Origin: Micrococcales bacterium | GTDB lineage: Bacteria > Actinomycetota > Actinomycetes > S36-B12 > GCA-2699445 | Length of the DNA: 64,000 nucleotides | Assembly (NCBI GenBank): GCA_002699445.1 | Contig: PAAU01000066.1 | Location: forward strand, 46,584-110,583 | Direction of reading: 5' to 3' | In this document: positions 46,833 to 56,409 of the stretch, piece after piece | Layout: every line of letters starts with the position of its first letter | How positions within the stretch are numbered: the first letter of the stretch is position 1 | Made by a program: the position numbers and the translations under genes | The notes under the pieces: generated by a model | Database searches by the model: none | Told to the model about the DNA's origin: nothing | Seen by the model: only the letters and a program-made list of their open reading frames with translations

Positions 46833-48206
46833 ATGACTCAGACAGACTCTCGTGAAAGTAAACAGCGTGGTAGAGAGTTGCGTCAACAGCTGCCGCGCTC
46901 GTTGCATGCCGATTGGCGTCCTGCCGCAGATCGTCTTGATCCGGTCCAGGTGATTACCGCTCAAGACGCTCCCAGGATCCAGCAACTGGTGCCAGTCCGG
47001 CACGCGCGAATGTCCGAGTCAGCGTTTACCTTCTATCGCGGCTCGGCCGCGATTATGGCGGGTGATCTAGCTAGCCAGCCCAGCTCGGGTGAGTCGGTCC
47101 AGCTATGCGGTGACGCCCACCTCTCTAACTTCGGCATTTTCGCGTCTGCGGAACGTTCGCAGGTTTTTGACGTGAATGACTTCGACGAGACTTTGCCTGG
47201 ACCGTGGGAGTGGGATGTGAAACGACTTGCGGCGAGTTTTGTAGTAGCTGCCGAGAACAGTGGACTGGGGACTAGCGTTGGCCGCCAAACGGCCGAGACC
47301 GCGACACGGGCCTACGTTGAGTCGATGTCCCGTTTTTCAGGCATGACGATACTGGATCTTTGGTACGAGCAGTTGAAACTGCAGCAGCTTCAGCATTTGG
47401 CTCCTTCCAAGTCAGAGCGGAAGAAGATGAAAAAACGTGCTGCGAAGGCTCGCCGAAATAACAGTGATCGTGCTCTGCATAAACTCACTGAGCAGTTAGA
47501 TGGAAAACTCCAAATTCGCAGCGATCCGCCGTTACTCGTCCCATCGCGTGAACTGGCTCACTACGGAGTCGATGGGGATGAGTTGCGAGAAATGGCTGAA
47601 GGAAACTTGACCCAATATGTGGATACGCTCCCAGCCAATATTCGCTCGGTCCTCAGTCATTTCCGCATCGTCGACATCGCGCTCAAGGTTGTGGGGGTGG
47701 GGAGTGTTGGTACCCGTTGTCTGATTGTTTTGTTGACTGGCCGACGACGAGGTGAGCCGCTGTTTCTTCAGATCAAGGAAGCTGGCGAGTCGGTCCTGCA
47801 GCCGTATCTGTCGGCTGGCCGCTACCGACATGCAGGCCGGCGAGTTGTTGAAGGGAGACGAATGATCCAGGCCAGCGGCGATATTTTCCTTGGCTGGTCC
47901 GGATCTGCCAATGCGGGTCCCCAGTTCTATTGGCGACAATTTCGGGATATGAAAGGCTCCGCAGACGTCGCGGTGATGGATGTCCAACAGTTGCTCCGGT
48001 ATGCGAAGGTGTGCGGTTGGACACTGGCTCACGGTCACGCGCGTTCCGGAGATCCGGATGCAATTAGTGGCTACCTAGGTAAGGGGCGCAAGTTTAGCCA
48101 GGCTATGGGGGAGTTTGGGGTGCGATACGCCCGGCAGAATGATGCCGACTATCAGGCCTTTTTGGCCGCCATTGAATCCGGCCGGATTGAAAGCCAGGAG
48201 CTGTGA
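46833..48206 (+). CDS. DUF2252-family protein
   Basis: Contains FTFYRGSAAIMAGDLA, LCGDAHLSNFG and FDVNDFDETLPGPWEWDVKRLAAS. ATG 46833 is the likely start; the track start is 46806. Confidence 0.75.
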   Translation: MTQTDSRESKQRGRELRQQLPRSLHADWRPAADRLDPVQVITAQDAPRIQQLVPVRHARMSESAFTFYRGSAAIMAGDLASQPSSGESVQLCGDAHLSNFGIFASAERSQVFDVNDFDETLPGPWEWDVKRLAASFVVAAENSGLGTSVGRQTAETATRAYVESMSRFSGMTILDLWYEQLKLQQLQHLAPSKSERKKMKKRAAKARRNNSDRALHKLTEQLDGKLQIRSDPPLLVPSRELAHYGVDGDELREMAEGNLTQYVDTLPANIRSVLSHFRIVDIALKVVGVGSVGTRCLIVLLTGRRRGEPLFLQIKEAGESVLQPYLSAGRYRHAGRRVVEGRRMIQASGDIFLGWSGSANAGPQFYWRQFRDMKGSADVAVMDVQQLLRYAKVCGWTLAHGHARSGDPDAISGYLGKGRKFSQAMGEFGVRYARQNDADYQAFLAAIESGRIESQEL

Positions 48207-48384
48207 CGTTGTCGCGAGCGGACCCGCACCGCTGCGTGATAGTCAATCTCTGCGAGCCACCGCGTCGCTGGAGCCAGATACCGCCCCTTCCCTGACTAGA
48301 TCCAGCTCTGCGGCTCAAGGGGCCATTTCGAGGACGGCCGACCGTTCGGCGGCTCACGAGTCGATCGCACTGGTGATCTCACTA

Positions 48385-48909
48385 CTAGCCGTGCGCCATC
48401 TGATCTACGACTGCCGTCAAAGCCAAAAGAAGAGCTACATTTTGTCCATCGATAACCTCAACCCCGTAGGTATCGGCCACTCGGAACCACTTTTTTGACA
48501 CGGAAGCGACAGTCCCAGCCGGCCCATCGATTGTGTATTCATGATCTACAAGATTGCCTTTGATGGTCAGGTCATCACCGTCAGTCAACGCTACGTTCCA
48601 ACGTTCCCGAAGTGGTGAGACCAGAGCTTTCTTGACAGTCGCCGCAGCGTTTCCGGCGGAGTCATCCACCTGCATGGTGTCGCGAATTCGTGCCTTTCTT
48701 TCCTGGATCTTGTACAGCGGATTGCCTTGATTGTCCTCGAGGATGAGGGTGCTTCGGATCCGAACTGCCTTACCGTCAACTTTGAATTGACGCTCACCTG
48801 AAGCATCTTCAATCCAGTAGTCGTCGCCGATGGAGACGAGTTTCTGTCGCATTCGGTACCGGTGATTGGTTGTGCCCCGACGGGCTTCCCTGCGATCGCG
48901 CAATCCCAT
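48385..48909 (-). CDS. LURP-one-related / DUF567 (tubby C-terminal-like) protein
   Basis: Contains YRMRQKLVSIGDDYWIEDASGERQFKVDGKA...LEDNQGNPLYKIQERK. ATG 48909 lies 10 nt after GGGAG; the track start is 48951. Confidence 0.6.
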   Translation of the reverse strand: MGLRDRREARRGTTNHRYRMRQKLVSIGDDYWIEDASGERQFKVDGKAVRIRSTLILEDNQGNPLYKIQERKARIRDTMQVDDSAGNAAATVKKALVSPLRERWNVALTDGDDLTIKGNLVDHEYTIDGPAGTVASVSKKWFRVADTYGVEVIDGQNVALLLALTAVVDQMAHG

Positions 48910-49044
48910 GGGCTCGTTGTCTCCCTGATCTGTAGCTGCAGTTGGCAACATCTAGTTAACCCCTTTGCTTGAGTTCTTGCTCGACTACCTGCGGAGTCCA
49001 TCCGGTAGGCCTGCAAGGTCAGGTAACCCGGAAGGCATCCGCTA

Positions 49045-50136
49045 GTGTCGCGACCAGCGGAGTGGAATGAAAGTAAGCCCGAGGAGCTGATGACATTTAT
49101 GTCGGATGCCGCTGATAGGTCCGCGGAGTCGGTCTTAGCCGATGGCGCTGGAAGCTATCCTTTTGGTCCCGTTGCGGCCACCGCACATTGGGATGGTCAG
49201 GCCTGGCAGCCTCCGCGAATAGTCACTCCACAGCAGACTGAACTAAAGTATCGGCGCACTGCACTGCCATTTCTTGGACATCTCTGGTTCTGGCTTGTAT
49301 TTTTCGGGACCGGCTACACAGTGGCAACTTTGCTTTATACCGAATCGAATCCAAGCGTTACGGGTCTGGTGAGTTGGCCCGGTTTCGTTGCCGCACTTAC
49401 TGGGGTCGTGCTTCTTTTATCTCGGCACTTGTATCCGCCCCGACAGGCTCCTTACTTTGTCGTCCTGTGGTGGGGGATTATGGCCGGCACGGCTGCTTTT
49501 GTGATCGCTTTGCTCGTGGAGCTAGCTGTGGATCTGTCAGTCGACAGCCCGGCCGCACTCCTTGGCTTGCAAGCTGGGCTGATCGAGGAGACCAGCAAGC
49601 TGCTATTCCCCGTTCTGATGCTGAGTTTGGGCAGCAGCCGATTCGGTTCACCACGTCTGGGTGTGTTGCTGGTGGCGGCGACTAGCGCCACCTTCGGTGC
49701 TGCTGAGGCGGCTCTCTACCTAGCCAATGCATCGGCTGAGGAGTTGTGGACACTGGCTCCCCGAACCTTAGGCGAGATGAGTCACGTGCTCTGGACCGCG
49801 ACGGCAGCAGCAGTTGTATGGCTAGCTGCTTGGCGCCGGAAGAAAGTGATCACTCTGGCAGGCTTAATCGGTTGGGGGTTGGCGGTAGCCATGCACGCTG
49901 GAAATGATGCAGTATTCGTCCAACTATCAAGAGTGGGAACGGAAGACTCGGGGTTCACAACCTTTGATTTCATGGCGCAGCTTGCAATCGTCGGCGGTTG
50001 GATTTCGCTGGTTGGTCTAGTGGTTGTTGTGTGGTTCCTATTGAGTCGCATTGCAATTCGGGAGCTAGTACCCCCGTCCCTCGTACAGGTTAGTTCTCGC
50101 GGTTGGCGACCACGCCTGCGATCTTGGGGTACCTGA
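49045..50136 (+). CDS. PrsW-family intramembrane metalloprotease
   Basis: Multi-TM protein with EETSKL (the E-E-x-x-K motif) and HAGNDA (the H-x-x-x-D/N motif). The start is uncertain among 49045, 49090 and 49099. Confidence 0.7.
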   Translation: MSRPAEWNESKPEELMTFMSDAADRSAESVLADGAGSYPFGPVAATAHWDGQAWQPPRIVTPQQTELKYRRTALPFLGHLWFWLVFFGTGYTVATLLYTESNPSVTGLVSWPGFVAALTGVVLLLSRHLYPPRQAPYFVVLWWGIMAGTAAFVIALLVELAVDLSVDSPAALLGLQAGLIEETSKLLFPVLMLSLGSSRFGSPRLGVLLVAATSATFGAAEAALYLANASAEELWTLAPRTLGEMSHVLWTATAAAVVWLAAWRRKKVITLAGLIGWGLAVAMHAGNDAVFVQLSRVGTEDSGFTTFDFMAQLAIVGGWISLVGLVVVVWFLLSRIAIRELVPPSLVQVSSRGWRPRLRSWGT

Positions 50137-50260
50137 TTATCCGTAGTTTGTCGCCACCTCCCTTTGGTCTCTCCTCAGCTTGGGCCGCATCGAACGGAGC
50201 CGCTTGGTTGGTGCCATACAGTTCCGTACCTACCCTTACTTCACAGCCCCAGGTACTTGT

Positions 50261-50764
50261 CTAGTCGCTGCCCTGAGTGAGCTCGCCTCCCAACTGACCG
50301 CCCAGGTCGTCTTGAAGTGTGCTGGCGTCACCGCCCTTATAAACCCAGTTGTCGCCGACTAGAACGGTTGAACCGCCGTAGACGTCGGTGAGGTACAGCG
50401 CATACCAATCTCGTTCCGTTGCGTTGCGGTGCACGGTCATGAAACTGGTGTCTGCGGAGATACGATCATTCGGTCCTTTGCACCAAGCGATCCCATTATG
50501 AAGCTCGGCAACCGGGTCATCGATATCCCAGGTTGAGCAGGTGGACCCGGCGGCAACCGCCGCGTCTCGAGCTTCAGCGGGGGTGGCAAAGCCGGATCCC
50601 CGGCCGAGGAGCACTACCAGCGCTACTGCGAGGCTCGCGATCGCGGCAGCAGCAAATGTGCGAAGCGATAGTTTCCGACGTAGCCGAGTGCTGATCACTG
50701 TCTCAGCGTGCTGGTTAGGGACTGATTCTGCTGGATTCTGTCCGAATCCAGGATGTGTCGGCAT
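50261..50764 (-). CDS. Hypothetical membrane-anchored extracytoplasmic protein
   Basis: A single TM (AAAAIASLAVALVVLL) is followed by a domain of about 110 aa with two Cys. I recognised no family. Confidence 0.4.
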   Translation of the reverse strand: MPTHPGFGQNPAESVPNQHAETVISTRLRRKLSLRTFAAAAIASLAVALVVLLGRGSGFATPAEARDAAVAAGSTCSTWDIDDPVAELHNGIAWCKGPNDRISADTSFMTVHRNATERDWYALYLTDVYGGSTVLVGDNWVYKGGDASTLQDDLGGQLGGELTQGSD

Positions 50765-50869
50765 ATTCGTGGGTCAAATCAGATGCGAATCGTCGCTATT
50801 GTGCAGCTGATCGGCGACAAGGTCACCAACTTCAATAGCATTCGGTCAATCGGCGATCAGCCGGGTCAA

Positions 50870-51880
50870 GTGAAAGTTGGATTTCCTGTGATTGCACTAG
50901 AAGAACACTTGATTGTTCCGGATCAAGAGGATTACTTGGGACCAAGTTATGCCCTAGACCAGAAACGGGATCTTCTGCTGGATTACGGTGATCAACGCCT
51001 AGCTGACATGGATGCCGGAGGAATCGATGTCGCCGTCCTGTCAGCCTTTTCTGATGGTGTTCAGGGGATCGACATGACTGATAGCGACTTGGGTGACGAT
51101 GCCGAGCCGAGGGTAACGGCTCAAGTTGATTTCGCCATTAAGTGGAACAATCAACTTCGGGACATTGTGGCGTCTCAGCCAGAGCGATATCGAGGATTTG
51201 CGGCGCTTCCCATGGCATCCCCCGCAGACGCAGCTGACGAGCTGCGACGCTGTGTTCAGGATTTAGGATTTGTCGGTGCGTTAATTAATGGAGAAGATAC
51301 TGCGAGCGATGGTTCGCCGAACTTTTACATTGATCGTTCCTACGATGTCCTGTGGGCCACCTGCGTCGAACTCAATCGACCGATCTACCTCCATCCCAGG
51401 ATGAAGGCAACCCCGGATCCGTTCTATGAAGTCGACAACTGTGAAGTCCTTCGAACGTCGCCCTGGGGATTTCATGAGAACATTGCACGGCTAGGAATGG
51501 CCTTGACTGTCAATGGCGTGTTTTCTCGATTTCCCGACCTCAAAGTGATTCTGGGTCACATGGGGGAACTATTGCCCTTTTGGGCCTGGCGAATCGATCA
51601 TCGGCTGCGGCTGGAAGGTCGGCCGGAATTGGCAATGATGCAGGAGGTCCTGGCGCAAAATATTTACGTCACTATCAGCGGCTTCAATAGCACGCCTGCA
51701 TTCCGGCACGTCTTGGAAGTGATGGGAACGGATCGAGTCCTCTGCGCTTCGGACTACCCGATGGAGGATCCTATCGCGATGAGGGATTGGCTGGACGAGG
51801 CCACAACAGCGGTCGGACTCAACGCCTCCGACATCGAGGCGATTCGACACGGGAACGCCAAAGCACTTCTAGGAATCTAA
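50870..51880 (+). CDS. Amidohydrolase-2 (ACMSD-like) family protein
   Basis: Contains IALEEH near the N-terminus, LHPR, ILGHMGE and SDYP. The track ORF begins at 50753 and overlaps the divergent gene. I propose GTG 50870, with 50888 as an alternative. Confidence 0.7.
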   Translation: MKVGFPVIALEEHLIVPDQEDYLGPSYALDQKRDLLLDYGDQRLADMDAGGIDVAVLSAFSDGVQGIDMTDSDLGDDAEPRVTAQVDFAIKWNNQLRDIVASQPERYRGFAALPMASPADAADELRRCVQDLGFVGALINGEDTASDGSPNFYIDRSYDVLWATCVELNRPIYLHPRMKATPDPFYEVDNCEVLRTSPWGFHENIARLGMALTVNGVFSRFPDLKVILGHMGELLPFWAWRIDHRLRLEGRPELAMMQEVLAQNIYVTISGFNSTPAFRHVLEVMGTDRVLCASDYPMEDPIAMRDWLDEATTAVGLNASDIEAIRHGNAKALLGI

Positions 51881-51937
51881 TCACTGCTCTGCCAAAGACT
51901 CATCGTCGAACTGTCGGGATCGGCTACCGTTCCTCGC

Positions 51938-52405
51938 ATGGCGGTCATTTTTCTTCCGGGGATTTTGTTGCTGGCGTGGATTTTGGCAATCCTTGGTGTC
52001 GAAGCGCCCGGCGCAGCAGCGGGGGCCAGTTTTTCTGATAATGCCATGCGTTGGATGATGACGTTGCCAGCTGGTGGAATGTTTGTAGTCAGTGGATTCA
52101 TGCACACGGTCTTTGCAAAGCAGACTGCGAAGAATATTGGCTGGCAATCTAACGGATTTCAGTACGAAATTGGTTTTGTCAGTCTCGGTATCGGTATCGC
52201 GGGTATTTGGGCTGCTTACCTTGATCAAACTGCTTGGCTAGTGCTCTCGATCGTTATATCCGCTTTTCTTGTAGGCGCTGCCGGAAATCACCTCCGCGAG
52301 ATGTTCGTGGACAGGAACTTTTCGTATGGCAATACGATCGTCTTGCTATACGACATCGGATTGCCAGTCTCACTGTGGGCGCTGTACTTCACGGTGACCG
52401 GTTGA
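51938..52405 (+). CDS. Small 4-TM membrane protein of unknown function
   Basis: Four hydrophobic segments. It is the only plausible ORF in this interval. Confidence 0.45.
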   Translation: MAVIFLPGILLLAWILAILGVEAPGAAAGASFSDNAMRWMMTLPAGGMFVVSGFMHTVFAKQTAKNIGWQSNGFQYEIGFVSLGIGIAGIWAAYLDQTAWLVLSIVISAFLVGAAGNHLREMFVDRNFSYGNTIVLLYDIGLPVSLWALYFTVTG

Positions 52406-52515
52406 TCAGCGGCAGTCCCATTAGTCTGCACACCAACCGTATCGCTTGGGTCGTAGCCGACAGCGTTGCTGATTTCGTCTAGCACAAAGGAAAATGGTGC
52501 AAGGAGCTCGCCAAC

Positions 52516-53370
52516 ATGACCCTGCCCGTCGATCTGACTAGGCTCGGCGTTGTGACTCTTAAAGGTAAAACCGTAGTAATCACCGGCGCTTCGAGTGGGA
52601 TCGGGGCCGCCACCGCTGGCTCAATGTCCAGGCGGGGCGCCCATGTTGTCCTATTGGCCAGAGGCTTGGCCGCGCTGGAACGAGAGGCTGCGGAAATCAC
52701 TGCAGCCGGTGGTCGAGCAACCATATATCCGGTGGACGTCAGTGACGGTGATGCCGTGACGGCGATGGCGGAACGTTGTCTCAGGGAAGTCGGCCCGGTA
52801 GACGTAGTCGTAAATAACGCGGGCATTGGCGAATGGCTGTTCATCGACGAGACCAGCGATGAGCAAATGCGAGCGATGATGGCTGTTCCTGCTTTTGCCG
52901 CTTTCTACGTGACCAAGGCTTTCTTGCCAAGCATGATCGAGCGGGGCAGCGGATGGGTAACTAACGTGAATGGTCCAGGTGCTTACGCTCCCTGGCCGGG
53001 ATCTATGGGTTACGCCATGGCCCGGTGGGCCTTGCGTGGATTCGCAGAATCACTAAGAGCGGACGTGCATGGAACGGGGGTCGGCGTGTCTCAGGTAGTT
53101 ATGGGGCATGTCGCTAGCCCCTATTACGAGAACAACCCGGGCACGACAGATCGTATTGCCACATTGGACCGAATGATTCCCACACTGACGGTAGAGCAGG
53201 CGGGCGAAATCGTGACCAAAGCGACCGAACGACGCCGCCGGGACGTTTTCGCCCCACCATTGATCAGAGCCCTCATCGGATTGCACAAGGTAATGCCGCG
53301 ACCGGTGCACTGGCTCGTCATCAAGTCGGGTGCCTCCCGTTCTTCGATCCCCGATAAACAAGGGGTCTAA
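52516..53370 (+). CDS. Short-chain dehydrogenase/reductase (SDR)
   Basis: Contains TGASSGIGAA and NNAG. The active-site region GYAMARWALRGF has Y-x-x-x-R in place of the usual Y-x-x-x-K. Confidence 0.8.
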   Translation: MTLPVDLTRLGVVTLKGKTVVITGASSGIGAATAGSMSRRGAHVVLLARGLAALEREAAEITAAGGRATIYPVDVSDGDAVTAMAERCLREVGPVDVVVNNAGIGEWLFIDETSDEQMRAMMAVPAFAAFYVTKAFLPSMIERGSGWVTNVNGPGAYAPWPGSMGYAMARWALRGFAESLRADVHGTGVGVSQVVMGHVASPYYENNPGTTDRIATLDRMIPTLTVEQAGEIVTKATERRRRDVFAPPLIRALIGLHKVMPRPVHWLVIKSGASRSSIPDKQGV

Positions 53371-53427
53371 GAAAAAGTTTCTGCCATTGAGCATTACGCT
53401 GGCCTTTCCTGGTGCCAGGAAAAACTT

Positions 53428-54651
53428 ATGGTTGTGGCGAGGGGTGGAATGCTGATGACCGCAGAACAGCGCTCAGCCGCGGTCCATGCCGGAGCCGAGT
53501 TGGTCAATATCGTGCACGAGACGGTATCGGGGATGCGGAAGGCGCAAACGGATCGGCTACGTCGGTCACCGCTCCGGTTCATCCCGGGTGCTGTGAGCGT
53601 CATTGATCTCGTTGATCGCGGCTCCACGTGGGGCGAGGCTAGCTTTACAAGCACTGTCTCAGTTACCGCGAACGTCCTTTCTCCGGTGCTTCGACTAATG
53701 ACTCCCGAGGGTGCGGCACCAATGGATGCGTCGGTACGCGGAGCTGGGGTCTTGGCCGCAATCGGGGCCGCGGTGGGTGACTCGTTGGCGGGCGACCCGA
53801 GGACTCGAGCCCTCGTCCCCGAGTTAGATCTGCGGTATCAGGGTGAGTCGATTACGGCTGCTGAGTTTGCACGACTTCAGCAAGAGCCCACAGAGACCGT
53901 CGTCGTTTTCCTACATGGACTAGGCTGCACCGAAAATAATTGGAGTGAAGAGGTAATAGCCGCTGCAGCTAGAGCAAGTATTGCCTTAGTCCGTTACCCC
54001 ACAGGTTCATCGATCGCCGACAATGGTGAAAAGTTGGCGTTCCTGCTGGACGAAGTCCTGATCGAGCTTCCAGAATGTCGTCGACTCATCCTGGTAGGAC
54101 ATTCAATGGGTGGCCTAGTTGCCCGGCGGGCGATGGAGGTAAGCGCTGGTGTCGCCGATTGTGTGTCCGACCTAGTCACGTTGGGGTCCCCACATGGCGG
54201 CTCTCCTATTGAAAAAGGGGCACAAGCGGCTCTCATGACACTGAACTTCTTCGCCGCCACGAAACCGCTCGCCATGTTGGGGCATAGACGCAGTGCGGGA
54301 ATAAAAGATCTCCGGCATGGTGCCATCCGGTTTGAAGACTGGGGAGGCCAGGACCCCGATACTGTTTTGTGGGACCGAACCACTACAGTGCCGCTTCCCG
54401 ACCAGGTGACCCACCATGCGGTAGTCGCCAGTTGGCCTGAAGACTCCTCGAGTTGGAAGAGCGCCTTAGTAGGTGACGGGGCGGTCCGGCATGGGAGCGC
54501 CAAAGATCAGGATGTCGGGGACGCCACTCAAGATCCGAAACGGAAAGTGACGGTGCTCGAATCCTCCAGTCATCTCAGCCTCATAAGTCATCCGAAGGTA
54601 GCTGAGTTAATTTCAGAGGTTGTGGATCGACGATCCAAGGATTGGAAGTAG
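53428..54651 (+). CDS. Alpha/beta hydrolase (lipase/PGAP1-like) with an N-terminal extension
   Basis: Contains VVFLHGLG, the nucleophile elbow GHSMGGLV and SHLSLISHP. Confidence 0.7.
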   Translation: MVVARGGMLMTAEQRSAAVHAGAELVNIVHETVSGMRKAQTDRLRRSPLRFIPGAVSVIDLVDRGSTWGEASFTSTVSVTANVLSPVLRLMTPEGAAPMDASVRGAGVLAAIGAAVGDSLAGDPRTRALVPELDLRYQGESITAAEFARLQQEPTETVVVFLHGLGCTENNWSEEVIAAAARASIALVRYPTGSSIADNGEKLAFLLDEVLIELPECRRLILVGHSMGGLVARRAMEVSAGVADCVSDLVTLGSPHGGSPIEKGAQAALMTLNFFAATKPLAMLGHRRSAGIKDLRHGAIRFEDWGGQDPDTVLWDRTTTVPLPDQVTHHAVVASWPEDSSSWKSALVGDGAVRHGSAKDQDVGDATQDPKRKVTVLESSSHLSLISHPKVAELISEVVDRRSKDWK

Positions 54652-54912
54652 GCGTAAGAGTTGATCGGGGATATGCGGTCAATCCCGCGCCGTCACTCAA
54701 CCGAAAACTATTCCCCAAGTTTCTTGCAGCCATTCAACAGCAGCCCACGACTTGTCTACACACCACTCGCGTAGGTTCATTTTTCGACTCTACCGAAATT
54801 TGCCTCAGGTCCGGGTGTTCTCTGCCGACCAAGAAGCGGTTTTCGGTTGTCAGAGGTTTGCATGTGTCGGGTCTTTGCCCTGTGCGTCTGCAATATCTGA
54901 CAAAGTTATTCC

Positions 54913-56139
54913 ATGCAAAGAAAACCAGCCAAACACACAGAGCGAGGATTCGACCGGCTTATTAACTTCACCGATGCGGTTGTGGCGATCGCCGCGACTC
55001 TGCTCGTGTTACCGCTCATCACCACCGTGAGCGGCTTTTCCGATAGCTCAGATACGTCTTTGCTCTTGAACAGAGATACTTGGTGGGCCATTCTTTGGTT
55101 CGCGCTCACATTTTGGGTTGTCACGATTTTTTGGTTGGTGCACCATGAACTTTTTGAAGAAATAAAGGACTATGACCTGCGCTTGATGATCATCGTCTTT
55201 GCTTGGCTTGCGGCGATTGTTTTCTTGACCATTCCGGCAGGACTACAAACTTATGCCGATTCGAACAACTTCTTTGGATTCATGTACTTCGGTGCGATGA
55301 CCCTAATTGCGGGACTAGTTGCTCTCATGGGGAAATATGTGGATCGACACCGAGAACTACTTGTCGATCCAGAGAACTATAGTTGGACACCGACTGTATT
55401 GCTTTACCCAGCGCTCTTCTTCGTTCTGGGGTTGATGACGAAACTCGAGTTCATCGGTGATTACGCCTACCTTGGCTTGTTCTTGCTGCCTTTGATCGGA
55501 TCTATGGTCGCACGGCGGAGTTCGGAGCCACCAGCTCACACGGAGCGTGGCTTTGATCGGATCATAAATTTCTCGGATGCGATTGTGGCTATCGCGATAA
55601 CCCTACTTATTCTTCCGCTGATTGACTTGGTGAGCGACTATCCCGAGACGCGAGTGCTTGGTGACGGCTGGACCCTCAAGCTCGCTCTCTTCCTGCTGAC
55701 GTTTTTTGTTATGGCTCGGTTCTGGTTAGTACATCATGGAATTTTCGAACGTATAACTGATTACTCTGGGGGACTAATTGTGCGGGCATTCATCTGGCTC
55801 GCCCTAATGGTTTTTTTGGCTTTTCCAGCCGGGCTCGTTGGCGATGATGATACGGAACGTGGCATTGCGTTGTTGTATCTCGTAACTTTGTCACTGATCA
55901 CGCTCGCGACTTATGCGATTGATTCGTATGCACATCGACATGAGGAAATGGTTCTGGATGACTCGATGAAGCCGGACCGAATGCCACTATTGTTCGCAGG
56001 CTTTCTAGTGGCTCTCGGGCTGCTTTCTTTAGTCCTGGAGTTAGTATTCGACGTTGCTGGTCAATGGGCCCTACTAGGGATTTTCTTGATACCGATCACT
56101 CGCAGAATCGTACAGCGACAAACGCAAACTCCAGGCTAG
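54913..56139 (+). CDS. TMEM175/DUF1211-family potassium-channel homologue with two tandem repeats
   Basis: The signature occurs twice: HTERGFDRLINFTDAVVAIAATLLVLPLI at aa 8-36 and HTERGFDRIINFSDAIVAIAITLLILPLI at aa 209-237. Each copy is followed by about 6 TM segments and FWLVHH. Confidence 0.8.
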   Translation: MQRKPAKHTERGFDRLINFTDAVVAIAATLLVLPLITTVSGFSDSSDTSLLLNRDTWWAILWFALTFWVVTIFWLVHHELFEEIKDYDLRLMIIVFAWLAAIVFLTIPAGLQTYADSNNFFGFMYFGAMTLIAGLVALMGKYVDRHRELLVDPENYSWTPTVLLYPALFFVLGLMTKLEFIGDYAYLGLFLLPLIGSMVARRSSEPPAHTERGFDRIINFSDAIVAIAITLLILPLIDLVSDYPETRVLGDGWTLKLALFLLTFFVMARFWLVHHGIFERITDYSGGLIVRAFIWLALMVFLAFPAGLVGDDDTERGIALLYLVTLSLITLATYAIDSYAHRHEEMVLDDSMKPDRMPLLFAGFLVALGLLSLVLELVFDVAGQWALLGIFLIPITRRIVQRQTQTPG

Positions 56140-56409
56140 GTCTCGACGGATTTTTGAGAAATCTCCTACGTCGGTCGTCCAGGAAGTTGTGATTTGAGCA
56201 GACCAGTGCAACGCTTTTCGTTGTCAGCGATGGAAGTCAAAGTGCCCCAACAAAATGGAGCCGTTCCTGGCGGTGCGGAAACTCAAGGTTTGCTCAAGAT
56301 TTAGTGATTGATGCTGTCATTTGTCTGTGCGCGTGGACATGATGTGACTAGCGGCATGCAACCATTCCATTTCGGAGCTGGTGGACTCATGTCAGTAGGA
56401 GTACCAGCT

